The notes under the pieces: generated by a model
What the model was told of the DNA's origin: nothing
Seen by the model: the letters and a program-made list of their open reading frames with translations, nothing else
The model's database searches: none
Part shown: in pieces, positions 12,101 through 27,898 of the stretch
How the letters are laid out: each line of letters begins with the position of its first letter
Position numbering within the stretch: position 1 is the first letter of the stretch
Assembly (NCBI RefSeq): GCF_009914755.1
Contig: NC_060938.1
Origin: the human T2T-CHM13v2.0 reference genome, Homo sapiens
DNA length: 64,000 nucleotides
Reading direction: 5' to 3' (one strand)
Translations under genes and position numbers: made by a program

Positions 12101-14669
12101 TTGCTTCATACCAGAAGTGGAGCAAAAGGTTCATGAATCAATACTTGCTCTATTTCATATCTACATATAGTATTAATATAATTCTCATATTTTCTGCTAT
12201 ATTTCACAACATTTCATTTGAACAATGCTCATCTCAGTCCCTGCTAAATTGATTTTATGACACATTAGTGGGTCACAACCCACTGTTTGACCCATGGTGC
12301 TCTGATGCTTGACAGACAAGGAGCAGGTGCTGTGACTGTAAGAGCCCCTTGAATGAATAAAATACAAGAATTTCTCCCTTCCCTGTCCATGGCTTAGAAG
12401 GCTTTGCATCTTGAACATCCTGGATGCAGAGCGGTCACAGGCCATCCCCACAGATAGGTTCCTACAGATGGGGTGTGTGACCATGTTCTCTCCTCCTCCA
12501 CACCCCTCTGGGGCTTACAGCTACCAAAGCCCAAAATCCTTCAGGGCTCAGGCCTCAGGGCTAAACAGTGATTCACAGACTTTCACACTTCCCCACACAC
12601 CCCCGCGCATGCCAACTTTTTGTTTCGGTAAATAAAGACATTCAAAAGTAATGACCATCTACTCTGGCCCTCATTTCATAAAAGCAAGGCTACTTTATCA
12701 CCAATGTCAGATGAACAATCTCAGAATAAGGCTAAGTTCTAAAATTAAAATACATTTTATTTCATGACAAACTCCCTCTACATTTTCCTCACTATTCTGT
12801 AGACAGGCACTGGGGAGCCTCCCACACAGCTAGGGCCCCTGGAGCACAGGCTGCAAAGACCCCAGGAGGTCCCAGAATCTACCTGCCTTAGGCCCAGAGA
12901 GGGGTGGACGTTGCCCAGGACCATGCCGCTGGAACAGGAAAAAGGTTTTCCAGTTTTACCCCAGGCAATTCTCCATCAAAATGCCATCTGACTACAAAGA
13001 GGCAGGCACTTGCTTCCGGATCCCCTCTCTGCTCTGCAGAACTCCCAGGCCACGGAGCTGATTTCACTAACTGCAGCCGTCCCCCTGGGGCGCCCCGTCT
13101 GCCCTACTTGCCATCACCCAGATGCGCAGGATCTTGTGGCAGAAAGCAGGAGCCTGGATGGGAAGAGGAGCAGCCAGGCCGAGGTGGGCGCCGCTCCCCC
13201 TCCCCGGCCCTGCCCAGGTCCTCAGAGAGCTGGGACCTGAGACTCATTAGTGCCTGCATAATGGATGCCTCCTTCTCTCTTCTTGGAAATCCCCAGCCCA
13301 TCTTGCTTAATGGCCACGAGGGAAGTGGGATACCGGCGCTCTGCTCGTAAAGCCGGCCTCTGCCCCCCGCATCTCCCCTTGGAGGAGGGGCGGCTGGGCG
13401 GCTTACACAGGGGAGGCCTGGTCTCTTGTCTTCTGCTTCACGACGGCTGGGTGAGCATCTTCCCCCACTCCCTCCTTCAGTCTGTCCTTCTGAGGGGCTG
13501 GGGTACTGGGACAAGGGCGGGGGGCCTCTGAACCACACTTGGGGTGGGCAGAAAGAGCCTGGGCCAGGAGAAGAGCCCTTGGCAGGACTCCAGGGGAGAC
13601 AGGGAGGGAGGGAGGATGACAGAGAGCTCCAAGCAAAGAGCAGAGGGGTTGGAGATGAGAAGCAGGATTCTAGGCATGGGGGGACTTTCCCAGGCTCTAG
13701 AATGACTCTGGTCACAGTGACAGCGTGGCCTTGTGACCTCCACCCTAACCCGCATCCACGCTCCTCACCACATTGTTCTTAGGCAGCTCTGGGGCCTGGC
13801 AGGGCCCAGAGTCACCTGGTTTGGCCATGGCGATTGTTAAAAGATGCAAATGCTTCTGTAATGCCCAGTATTTTTGTAATGTTGCCCTATCCTCCATGCC
13901 TCCCGAGTGTACCCTTTTTCCTTCCCTCACCCTCCTCCTCTGGGACTCCTCAGACCTCCCCATATCCACCCACTCAAGGGTTCATGCTTGGCACGGGAGC
14001 AGCCCTCCAAGCCCCTGCTCTAGCCCTGGCCACATAGGATGCTGCATAATTTCAATAGCTCCACTGGGATAGTCTGGGTGCTCAGCAGCATGGCTGAGTG
14101 ACGTTTGCACCCTTGGGCGGATGCCCTGCCTGCTGGTGAGGGCCATGCTTGTAGTGCCCTGCAGTTCTAGGGGTAAGGGGCCATCTTCCCATGTCTGTGT
14201 GAAGCCTTGAGTAGGGGAGAAGCTGAAGGAAGGAAGGGCAGAAGGAGGGGGTGGCTTGCCAGCATCCTCTTGAATGAGAATGAAAGTTGAGAGTGGAAAT
14301 TTTAATTGCAAAACCCACTGACAGCTTGACTTTAAGGGAAAAGATGAGCTAAATTTAACCTAGCCAGTTAAAGAGCCAAAAATGCAATTTACTAATTAGC
14401 TTAAAATGGAAAGTAGTCCAGTGATCAGAAAAAAAGCTTTTCTGTTTAAAAAAAAATACAAAATAGAGTTGATTCCTCTTTTCATACTGACATGCATTTG
14501 AATACTGTTATGTAATTAGGAATGCGGTTTGCTGGCGCACTGCCCAGGACACAGAGGCAGAGCATCACAGCATCACAGCCTTCTTGAAAAGTTACAGGAG
14601 CCTTGAAATAGGCATGAGCCTATGTCTTCAAGTCAAATCTGTTTCCTAATTACAGAGCATCCAGGAGGG

Positions 14670-15140
14670 ATCCGATCTCTGTTCTCAGGGAGTGCAGAGC
14701 TCAGTGGGTGAACTAGGCAAGGCCACAGAGGACTGTCACAGACCTGGACAGGTACTAGGCACTGAGGCATTCAGAGGAGGGAGAAAGGGCATATGACAGG
14801 GAGGGAAGAGCCGGCTCCCGGAACAGTGGCATTTGAGATGAACTTGAGACGTGGTGGCTGGGGAAATGTGGAGCAGTGGGAAGGGACAGTCAAGATGTGA
14901 GATGGAAAGAGTGAGGCAGACCCAGAGTACAGCAAGTGCTTCACTTCACAGGCAAGTAGGCTGAGGCATGGATGGACGTGACAGATCCCACGCCAGCAAG
15001 GTTGATCTGGCACCATGATGGCAGGCCCATGGGCTGGGTTTACTCTTCATGACGGGCAGCAGGGAGCCCAGGGGCTTTTGATCTGGAGAGTGATTGCATT
15101 GGAGTTGCGTTTTAGTGAGTGGCCCAGCCGCCATGTGGAA
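14670..15140 (-). mobile_element. L2 fragments
   Basis: Purine-rich L2-like motifs (gtggcatttgagatg, ggagttgcgttttag). Confidence 0.45.
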
Positions 15141-15655
15141 GCTACGTTTTCATGACTGTGGTATGTATTTTACTTCACATGATTTTTGCACCAATTTGAA
15201 AGGCGTGCCTAAGATATGCATATAACTTATTAGCCTCTCCGCTCCTTTGTGTAATGGCAGTATTGGGATAGCAATTCAAGGTCATTTCAAGGACCTTGAA
15301 TAAAACATTTTGTAGATTCATCCAGGACCCATTATAAGAACATTAATAGTTTTGACACGAAAATAATATTTGAGAGGAATTTCACAGCACAATTTCATGA
15401 TACAGTTTATGTTTATATTCTTCCAGCTAAAACATGATTTTTCAAAACTATGGCTGTCTTTTAAGAATATTTTCCTGCTGCTTTCAAATGGTGCAACAAA
15501 ATGTCCTACAAGCAAAAATGAAATCTTAGCAGGTAACACAGCCATTCCTAGATTAAATATATAGAAGAGATTCTCCTCAGAGCCCTTACAGATGAAGCTG
15601 AAAGGAAGCAATTATGTTTGTTATAAATGGAGGAAATATAAAAACCTGTGAAATT

Positions 15656-16032
<377 letters not shown>

Positions 16033-16686
16033 CTAGCTTTTACTACAGGACGTCAGTAAAAGTGCACAAAATAATGTAATTAAGGGGCACAGCTCAGTAT
16101 ATGCTACATAAGTGAATTCTAATTTGTCATCACGAGTAATATTGGCCGTAAGTGAATTCCCCTCTTCTCAAATGGTGATATGTTTCCTGAAAGTTTGTTC
16201 TTCAGCTACCTTTCCTACAGCCACGTCGATTTCTCAACAGAGTGGCCAGTATAAGAAGACATAGATTACATATTCATATATTGTGCAGGATTTTTTTCCT
16301 GATGGATTTATCATAGGAAAACTTTAAATCATGAGCTTCAACCACTGTTGTCCCAAGACCTCAACTGATTTCAAATGTAGAATTGAGAGTTCTTCAGAAA
16401 ATCAGCTACCACGCAAAATAAAGTAAAAGGCACATACAGCTTTAACCTCCTTGAAGTTTTTCTTATTAAAAGGAAAGGTCCTCTCTGAGCAGGAATTGAG
16501 ATTTCCTCTTCAGCTGTCCCAGCAGCCAACCCACAGAAGAAGACTCACAGCAAATGTTTGTAGACTGAATGAATCAATGAACAAACTGAGAACAAATAAA
16601 TAAATGGGAGCTCAAGAAGAAAGATTAAAATGTACATGATTTTAAGCTTAATTTAAATTTATCAGTTACAGACTGCACGTACTTAA

Positions 16687-17169
<483 letters not shown>

Positions 17170-17232
17170 TGAAATAACATGCATATACTGCTACTTCCTG
17201 ACTGTCCAAGTCCAAGCATTTTTGTGGGGCAG

Positions 17233-17512
17233 TTTGTTTTGTTTTGTTTTTTTGTTTTGAAACAGGTTCATGCTCTGTTGCCCAGGTTAGGCTTACTGCA
17301 GTCTCAACCTCCTGTGGCTCAAGTGATCCTCTCCCTTCAGCCTCCTGAGCAGCTGAGACTACAGGCACACACCACCATGCCTGGCTAATTTTTGCCATTT
17401 TATTTTATTTTATAGAGACAGGGGCTCACTATGTTGCCAAGGCTGGTCTCGAACTCCTGGACTCAACTGCCTCAGCTTCGTGAAGTGTTGGGATTACAGG
17501 CATGAGTCACCA
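17233..17512 (-). mobile_element. AluJ (internally deleted)
   Basis: Diverged antisense Alu. Confidence 0.85.
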
Positions 17513-17559
17513 ATTTGCAAGGCACCAATTTGAAAAGGTCTGGGCCAGGCATTTTTTAA

Positions 17560-18960
17560 TCTGTTAATGTCCTGCCAGGAAGATGAAGATTTAGTTCTCA
17601 CTCACATTGCTTACTCCATACTCACATGTGGATACATACCCTTCCTCTTCCTAATATAGTCATGTCAGAATTTTAAAATTTGGCCTGTGTGTTTATATTA
17701 CTATGACTATCAAACACTACTCAAAGTTAAGCCATATTGTATGATTGAATTTCCTTTCTTAGACAATTTTTTGTTTTTCCTGTAGTAAATTACTGTCTTC
17801 TATTTTCCATGTATCATTCACTAAGTCATCCCCAACTATTCTGCCTTATATGTAAATCTTTTTCTGACAGCTTCTAATTTCAGCTTCTTGGTGGCATTTC
17901 TCCGGAGCCTCTGTTATCCCACTGTAGTCTGGACTGGTTGCCTGTTAGCATGATTGTTACTGTCCATCCACTTCCTGCAGATTCCTTTTATTTCTCTCCT
18001 GTGTTGATTCCTTGTTTTCTGAATCCCATGTAATCTTTCTTGGCAACTCCCTCGTTTTGGTGAAGCACATCCTGCAGTAGCTTCCTGAGAAAGGAGGCAC
18101 AGAAGAGCTAAGTTTTTGAGATCTTGTGTGACTAGAAATGTCTTTATTCCACTTGCACACATGATTTGATGGTGTGTCTGGGTCTTTAATTACAGGTTAA
18201 AATAATTTTTTCCCTCAAAAATGTATTCTTTGCATTTATCTGTTGTTTTCTAGCTCCTATCATTACTGTTTAGAAATCCAATGCCATTCTAATTCTTAAT
18301 TCTTTGTCTGAGACTGTTGTTTCTCTCTAGAAGCTTTTTGAATGTTTTCCTATCCCCAGTGTTCTAAAACATCTGGTGCATATAACAGCTGATGGACGTA
18401 ACATTTGGTGGGTATAAGTAACATTTGGTGGTGGTGTTTTGTTTTGTTTTTCCTCCAATGTGCTGGGCACTCAGTAGGCTCTTTCAATCTAGAAATTCAT
18501 GTGTCATGTTTCTTTGTTTTGGAAACTTTTCTTGAATTATTTCTTTGATGATTTCCCTTCCTCTATTTTCTTCATTTTCTCTTCCTGAAACTTGTTATTC
18601 AGATGCTGAACTTCCCAATATGATATCCCATTTTTTTCCTCCTATATTCTGTGTAGCTTTGTCTTTTTTGTTCTATTTTTCTGGGAGATTTCTTCAACTC
18701 TATCAGTAGACATTGCTGTGGGGATTGTATTTCTACGGCCATATTTTTAATTTTCAAAGATGTTTTATCATCTAATTTTATAAATAGCATTCTTATTTTG
18801 TGGATGCAATAACTTTGACCTATGAGGATATAAATAATAGTTTTATTTCCTTCTGCTGTCTGTGTTGTCTGTTTCCTCATATCCCCTCACTCTACCTTTT
18901 TTTGTTACTTTTATATGTTCTCAAATGTTCAGATTCTTGGCTCTCCATTCAAGTCTTAGA
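17560..18960 (-). mobile_element. Old L1 (L1M/ME) body fragment
   Basis: T-rich antisense L1-like sequence (aatgtctttatt, gaaatccaatgccattct, tgctgggcactcagtaggctctttcaatct). Confidence 0.6.
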
Positions 18961-19345
18961 GGGGGGACATTCAAACAGTACCTGCAAGTCCTGAGACTAC
19001 AGATGACACTTGTCAACAGGCGAACTTCACTTTATTTCCCAACCTGCCCAACCTCTAGGTCTTTCCACAAGACTTCGTCATATTCCCTAAAAAAGGTCCT
19101 TCCACACTTTTGCCTGGACAGCAGACCCCTGGCTGCCAATGTTCTGAGAGCTGAGGGTAGGAAGGGGCTGGGGTGAGGTCTGATCATTCAGCATCAGGCT
19201 ATCATTTATTTGCCATCTTCAGGATGCTTCCCCTCGCCTCTGGTATGCCTTTGTGTAGAGAACCCCTTGGTTCACCTATTTAACAGATTGAAACTCCAAT
19301 CTTCACAGTGAGAGGAAGGAGACGGGGGAGGAATCTATCTGCTTC

Positions 19346-19723
19346 TGTCTTAGTCACCTTGGGCTGCCATAGCAAAATACCATACACTGGGTGACTCAAA
19401 CAACAGAAATTTATTCCTCACTATTCTGGAGGCTTGAAGTCTAGTCAGAGTGCCAGCATGGTTGGTTCCTGGTGAGGGCTCTCTTCCTGGCTTGCAGACT
19501 GCCACCTTCTTGCTGTGTCCTCACATGGCAGAGAGAAAGTAAGAGATATATCTCTCTCTCTCCCTTTTTATAAGGTCACTAATCCTAACAGATCAGGGCC
19601 TCACCCTTAAGACCTCATTTAACCTTAATTACTTCCTAAAGGACCCATCTCTAAATACAGTCACATTGGGGGTTGGGTTTTCAGTGTATGAGTTTGGAAG
19701 GGAGCACAGTTCAGTCCACAGCA
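19346..19723 (-). mobile_element. MLT1A-type solo LTR
   Basis: TG...CA termini, MLT1 body, degenerate 5-bp TSD gcttc/gtttc. Confidence 0.85.
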
Positions 19724-20057
19724 GTTTCTTAAGCAGACCCTCTTTTGCCCCCACTGTGACAGGTACCTGGTCCTGCCCATTCCTAAGCCTTTGGGGGTTC
19801 TCTGTGGGGAAGTAGGTTGCTGGTTGGCTGCCCACCCTTGCTAGCTTTGAGTTCAGCTTGTCTGGGGCAGATGAGACTGTACCTCCCCTTTTCCTATTTT
19901 CCAGTTTGAAGTTGTATGGAGGTTGTTTTTCTTCCATCCTCTCTGTCCTCAGGAGTTTTAGCAGAACATGGAGGCAAACTCAATACTTTCCCTGGAAAGA
20001 TGCTGATAGAGCTTCCTGCCAACAAGGATGTTTATGTTGCCAACAAGTGCCATCATA

Positions 20058-20405
20058 AGCATCACGTGCCGCATCATGATGAGTGGGTCAGGGATGGACT
20101 GCACGTATGATGATGGTCCCATAAGGTTATGACACTGTATTTTTAATATACCTTTTCTCTGTTTAGAGATGTTTACGTTCACAAATACTTACCATTGTAT
20201 AATAGTTGCCTACGATATTCAGTACAGTAGCCTGTCATGCAGGTTTGCAGCCTAGGAGCAATGGGCTGTACCATGTAGCCTAAGTGTGTAGTGGGCTGTA
20301 CCATCTGGGCTTATGTAAGTGCACTCTACGATGCTCGCACAATGATGAAATTGCCTAACAGCATAGTTCTTAGAACGTATCCCATCGTTAAGCAACACCT
20401 GTGTT
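20058..20405 (-). mobile_element. Tigger3a (MER7A)-like DNA transposon
   Basis: Reverse complement matches the Tigger3 5' end (cttaacgatgggatacgttct...ttaggcaatttc...gcctattgctcctaggct). Confidence 0.8.
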
Positions 20406-21659
20406 TGTTGAATCAATGGTTGAAGCCTCACATTTCCTATGGCATTTCATCCACCTCATCCTTTAACCTTCCTCTCCCGGGTGATGAAGCATCTCTCCTT
20501 CTTTCCAAGGACACGCGCCCCTGCCCCCAGAATACTGGTTGGGTCCAGCTCAGTCCTCTGGACCCCTGTTCCACTGGCCGCCTCCCTTCTCCTTGACTCG
20601 TCCCCAGCTTCTAATTCTTTCCTCTAATTCTTTCCTCCTCCCATCAAGTGTGCTTGGCTCTTCCCCTCCTGACACCGCCCCCTCAGGTGGGTTTCCCGGT
20701 GCCTTTCTCCTCCCCCACCACCTGTTTCCTGGCCAGCTCTAGCCCTAAGGCCCTGCCCTTGCTCATGGGGTGTGCCTCCCATGCTGTATGGCATCCTCAC
20801 TGCCAAGGCCATGCCCTCCCCCTGCACTCACTTCCTGATTCCTACACCCCACCACTCCTGCCCTCTAGACCCCAGATCCTCTCTTGGCTTCTTCTGCATC
20901 CGCAGTGTGGTCTGGCGGGCCAGTTCCCCACCCCACAGCTGGGAGGATGGCTGCCAGCCCAACCCAGGCTCACACCACCTCACCTGGAACAGGTCCCACT
21001 AGTTTGTCTTCATGCTTCGTGTCCCCTGGCCCAGGTATGTGCACTTCCCATCAGTCTTCCTGAAGCACAGTCCTAATTCTGTGGCTTCCAAGGGGCTCCC
21101 ATTGCCCATAGACTAAGCCCAGCCTGTTAGTATGGGGTCCCAGGTTCACTGCAATGGGGCCAGATGCCTTCAGTCTGAGCTCCCTGTCCCCTCTTTGACA
21201 TTAACAGAGCTGGATGTCTCATCAGTTTCCAGACATACTGAGTATGCATTTCTAGCCTCTTTCCCGCCTCCTCTCCATACCTCTCATCTCCCAGACTCCT
21301 TGAGGCTGGAGGTATGCTCCCCCGCTTTTGACTTCTGGACTCCTCAGTCCGCCTCAGACCCTGGGGTTTCACTAATCCCCATGTGTCTGTCGGTCCCAAA
21401 CCCAAGCAACAAATACTTTCCAAATATGCCTTGCAGGGCAAGCACGGCTAAACCCGGGTCTGCACCTACAGCAGGAGGCCCGCAGCCCCACCCTATCGTA
21501 GGGCACTGTTATCCTACCTGTCCCCAGCCAGGGTGTCAGCTTGCATGCTTGGGTAGAATCTGCCCTTTCCCCTCTCCTTCCTTCCCCAACCCCTCCACCC
21601 CCACCACCTCTCTCTTATTCCATCTTCCATTGAAGAGGTGGCTGCTCAAAGTAGAAAAG

Positions 21660-21800
21660 TGAGGGTTTGGGCCTGACAGGACTGGGTTTAAATCCCAGCT
21701 CTACCATTTACCAACGTTGTGACCTCAGGCCAGGCCCCTGAGCCTCTGGTCCTAGGGAGTTTCCTTACATGCAAGGTGCAGGCAGTACCAGCTAGGCTTG
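21660..21800 (+). mobile_element. MIR
   Basis: ctgggtttaaatcccagctctaccatttacc...gtgacctcagg. Confidence 0.7.
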
Positions 21801-22422
21801 CAGCAGAGACTGGAGCCAGCGCCTGATGGTGACTGGGGGCCTGTGTGAGTGTGACCTGCGGCGTGTTTGCTCCCCTCTGAGCTGTGAGACCCTCGGGTGT
21901 GGGATGGTGCATTGTTCCCCATTGTGTCTCCTGTTCCTGGCACAACAGGGCACTCAGTGTGGCGAAATGTGTGAGCCCAGGGTCAGTTCTCAGCAATTGT
22001 CTGTGATGAAGAACCGGTGACCAAGCCTGTGAGGGAGATAGGGGAGCAACTTCTTATTGAGTTGACTTCCAGAAGGATGCTGAGGACCTTTGCCCTACTC
22101 TCTGGTATAGCTGGAGTCCTGGGACCATGGCAAAAATATGAGCAAGAGTTACCGGACCCCCCATTAATTAGGAAGAAGTACAGCATCTCTAGAACACCAG
22201 GATGGAAAAGCCTGTGAAGGAGATGATGGGAGGGGAGTAGGCAAGCCTCAGTAGTGAGACTTTTCCTGGACTTTCCTGATACAAATCCAGGTTTCTGGCC
22301 ATTTCTTTTTATTTCTTGTAACTTCGATATTGTAAGGCAGCTTATGATAGCATTTGAAGCATAACCTGTATCAATCTAGACAATCTTCTTTCAATGCACA
22401 CTATGGAAAGACTCTAAATCGT

Positions 22423-23301
<879 letters not shown>

Positions 23302-23531
23302 ATATTAGCTTATTTGCTCTGTGGTTAGTCTGTGGCATGCCAGGAACGGCCATAAAACCTTACAGGCAACGCGATGGAGTGAATGAACAAAATGCCCTGG
23401 AAATCCTGTTGATTGGTGGAGATGCTACGGTTGGAAATTCATTTGCAATCTACTGCGGTGCCCGCACTATTGCATGAATTAGAGACAATCACAACATCAA
23501 GTTTCCTAAATGTAAGGACTTTTTCTTGTCT

Positions 23532-23841
<310 letters not shown>

Positions 23842-24437
23842 TAAAAAGAATTAGCCAAGCAAATATTGCTTTTAATTTCCCACTTCAGATACTTCAAAAT
23901 ATGTAAATTCTTTTGATGGAGTCCAATCATTAGGAATACTTTTGGGTAAATAGCCTACTGGGTTTCTTAGATAATAGAGTTGTCATATCCATTTGGACTA
24001 TCAACAGATTATCTGTGGAAGGGTCTGAAGTTCATGATTCTGCAGTGTTGACATTGTGTAATAGGATAATGAAGCTGGAGAGGCCCTTGATAAGGCCGTC
24101 TTTATCACACAGTGTTGTTTCTCGGCCAGTGCCTCTCCCCCATTCCAGCCCATCCAGGCCGGATGACACACGGGAAAACAAGGAGCTGGCTTCACCAGGC
24201 TGACAAGGTCTCACCTTCATAAGATAAGCTGTAGAACTGCATCCCTGTGTGAGGCTCCCAGCCAGGGGCATGGCCAAGGAGCTCACAGACTGAGTGGAAA
24301 GACATTTCCAACAGCAGGAATCTCACAACCAAAGCCCCAGGGGCAGACTATTGTGGGGTGTTTGGGAAATGGAAAAGCAGAGGGATTGACAGGGGCCAAA
24401 GAACTGGAAGAACTAGAGGAGCCATGAAGGACCCTGA

Positions 24438-24911
<474 letters not shown>

Positions 24912-24949
24912 TGAATACATTCTCCAGGCCTCAGTAAGCCAGCTCTAAT

Positions 24950-26590
24950 TTTGCCAGATGGGAGTCGCAGAAAACTGGGAAGGGATAAAAGGTCATAAGT
25001 TTCCAAAAAGCAGAAAAAGTTGGATTCTGGAAAATACAGATGATACGTTTGATATTAATATCGGTTCTGAGCAAAAATTTTCACAGATCTTTGAAGAGCT
25101 AGCATGTAAACACTTGGAAGGAAAAGTGGCGCCTAAGAGCCAAACCAACCTCGTTCCCTGTTTTTCTGTGTTACCAGACCGAATTTACAAAGCAACGGAG
25201 AGGCTCCTTCACAAAATCCTGTGGACAATGAAGAAGAAAATAGGCTGGGTGAACGAACGGTTGGGGTGATTTCATTTTTAGTTAGGCAGGTATTTCCAAA
25301 GCACTGAGAAACACATCAATAGAGATGTGGCTGGGGAGGCATCCAGTGCCATACAGAGGACTCTGCACCCCTCCCGCAGCGCTAACCTGATGATCAATTA
25401 CAAGGACGAAGGAGACATTGAAGGGTGCATTATGGCACATTCACGGCTAGTTCACGGAAGTTCAACATGGAGCCTACAGTCCACACCCTGGCTGCTCAAA
25501 AAAAAAAAAAAAAAAAAAATCAACACACGCTTCAGTTGCATCAATAGAATCATAATATTCAGGTTACTAAAGGGAGATGCCACCCAGGTGAAAGTGCTCT
25601 GAGGTTACTGTATGCAGTTCTGAGTACCTGAATCTTCAGGATTCAGGATAAAAGGATCTGGTTGGGTGGAATGGACATCTCTCCAGACAAGGGGTCTAGC
25701 AACAATGTCACATGATGGGCAGGGAGGAAATGGAGAATGTTACCCTGGAGAAGATGTGTGTTCTCTTCCAGGCATTTGAAAACCTATCATGTGTAATGGG
25801 CAACCACTTTTGTCCAGAGTTCATTCATTCACTCAGCATTTACTCACTGCCAACTACGTTCAACCTTGTGTCAAGCATGATGGGCATTAGGGGTATATCA
25901 TCTCCCAGGAGAGACAGACTTGTACACAAGTTCCCACAAGGCAAAGCAGACTGGCACAAGGGCAGATGTGCTCATGACTGCAGAGGCCCTGTTGATGGGG
26001 CAGCTCCTACCCTGGCGGGCAGGGGAGGCGGACACTGAGGACTAGGGCACAGCACTGGCCAAAGTTCAAAGCCTTCAAGTGCACGGCACGTCTGAGAGTC
26101 GCGAAGAGGAGCTTTCGGATAGCACAGTGGGGCAGGGGTGTGTTGAATGCCAAAGATGGCATTTGCAGCAGGAGTGCAGACTGACTTGAAGTTCGTGCCA
26201 AGATGTTTGCACTTAATATGGTAGGCAGCAGAGAATGAAAGGACATCAGTTAGCACCTCTTTGGGTAAGTTAACCCTGGAGTAATGAAGCAGGGCTGGGT
26301 AAACCAGGACACAGGCTACTGTTGCAATGTTCCAGAGGAGACAGAAGCCAGAACCAGGACAGAGGGAGATGAAATTGACCAGACAAAAGTAGGATTGGTG
26401 AAGAATGCTTTGGCAAGGGCAATTTAGGATAAAAATAAACAACAATCTTTTTAATAATTGGAGTGCTTCAGATCTGAAAGGGGCAGAGTGACCATTTGTC
26501 AGGGATGTTGTAGAAGGGACAGCTGCATCAGCAAGTGGGTTGGAGGCCGCAGAGTTGAATGTTCCCTTATGGTTGTTAGACTCAGTGATT
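24950..26590 (+). mobile_element. CR1/L3 LINE relic (RT region and 3' end), interrupted by antisense L2 (~25820-26420)
   Basis: ORF 24958-25269 retains CR1-RT-like motifs (QIFEELACKHLE, QTNL, KA..LLHKIL). gttgcatcaatagaatcata and the 3'-end ccatttgtcagggatgttgtagaaggga resemble the L3 consensus. Confidence 0.6.
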
Positions 26591-26705
26591 ACCTCTTATT
26601 TTGTAGAGTAACAATTTTATCATGAGAAGCTATATTTTATATTTTAATATGAGTAGTGAATGGTGCTGCATCTGTGGAATAGTCAATTCTTGACTCTGAG
26701 ATTCT

Positions 26706-27012
26706 TTTTTTTTTTTTTTTTTTTTGAGACAGAGTCTCACTCTTGTTGTCCAGGCTGGATTGCGGTGGGCACGATCTTGGCTCGGCTCACTGCAACCTCT
26801 GCCTCCCCAGTTCAAGCGATTCTCCTGCCTCAGCCTCCCTAGTAACTGGGATTATATCCACCTGCCACCATGCCTGTCTAATTTTTGTATTTTTAGTAGA
26901 GATGAGGTTTCACCATGTTGGCCAGGCTGGTCTCGAACCCCTGACCTCAGGTGATCTGCCTGGCTTGGCCTCCCAAAGTGCTGGTATTCCAGGCGTGAGC
27001 CACCACACCCAG
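26706..27012 (-). mobile_element. AluS
   Basis: 16-bp TSD ttgactctgagattct at 26690-26705 and 27014-27029. Confidence 0.95.
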
Positions 27013-27037
27013 ATTGACTCTGAGATTCTATACTAAC

Positions 27038-27428
27038 TGTATTGATCTGCTCGGACTCCCTTAAGAATGTGCCACCAACTGGAGGCCTGAAACAACAGGA
27101 ATTAATTTTCTCATAGTTCTGGAGGTCAGAAGTCCAAAACCCAGGTGTGGGCAGGGCTGGATCCTTCTGTGGCCCCTCTCCTTGGCTTGCAGGTGGCCAT
27201 CTCCTCCCTGTGTCTTCACTTTATCTTCCCTCTGTGTGCATCTGTGTCCAAATTTCCCCTTCTTATAAGGACACCAGTCATATTGGATTCGGGCCCAGCC
27301 TAATGCCCTCATTTTAACTTGATTACATCTGTAAAGGCCCCATCTTCAAGTAAGGTCACATTCTGAGGTCCTGGGCATTAGGACTTCAACAGATGAATTT
27401 TTGCAGGGACACAGTTAAGCCCATGACA
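27038..27428 (-). mobile_element. MLT1B-type solo LTR
   Basis: TG...CA termini, cttataaggacaccagtcatattggatt, TSD ctaac/ttaac. Confidence 0.85.
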
Positions 27429-27898
27429 TTAACTGAAGGTCAACTTTTCTCTGCTCTTAGAGTAAAATCAGAAGCCCCTGACAGGCTGTCCAAGGCCCGC
27501 TGCAAGCAGGGCCTCCCCATCTCCTACCCTAGCTTGCCTGATGTGGCTGCCCCTTGCTCTACCCACGGCTGTTCTGGTAGCTTCTTTTCCTCCTTATTCC
27601 AGTCCAGACCCTCAGAAATAATCTGAAATCCTTCCACCTAGCTTTGTTCCTTGGCGCTTATCATTTGTATTTATACAACTATCTGTACAATTATTATATG
27701 TCCAAATGTCTCTTAGATTGTGACCGTGACCCACAACAAGAAATGCCTTGTATTATACATCGCAACTCAGCACATGTAGGTACATTGTAAGTAAATACCA
27801 ATGTTTCCAGCACAAATACTCGTTCTTACTATGCTCAGTGCAGTCCAAAATTGTCTATTCCATTTCATGTTAAAAACTGTGTTAGAATATACACAACA

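Noticed and set aside
18398-18431. 14-bp direct repeat gtaacatttggtgg
   Set aside because: Ordinary slippage duplication within an old L1.
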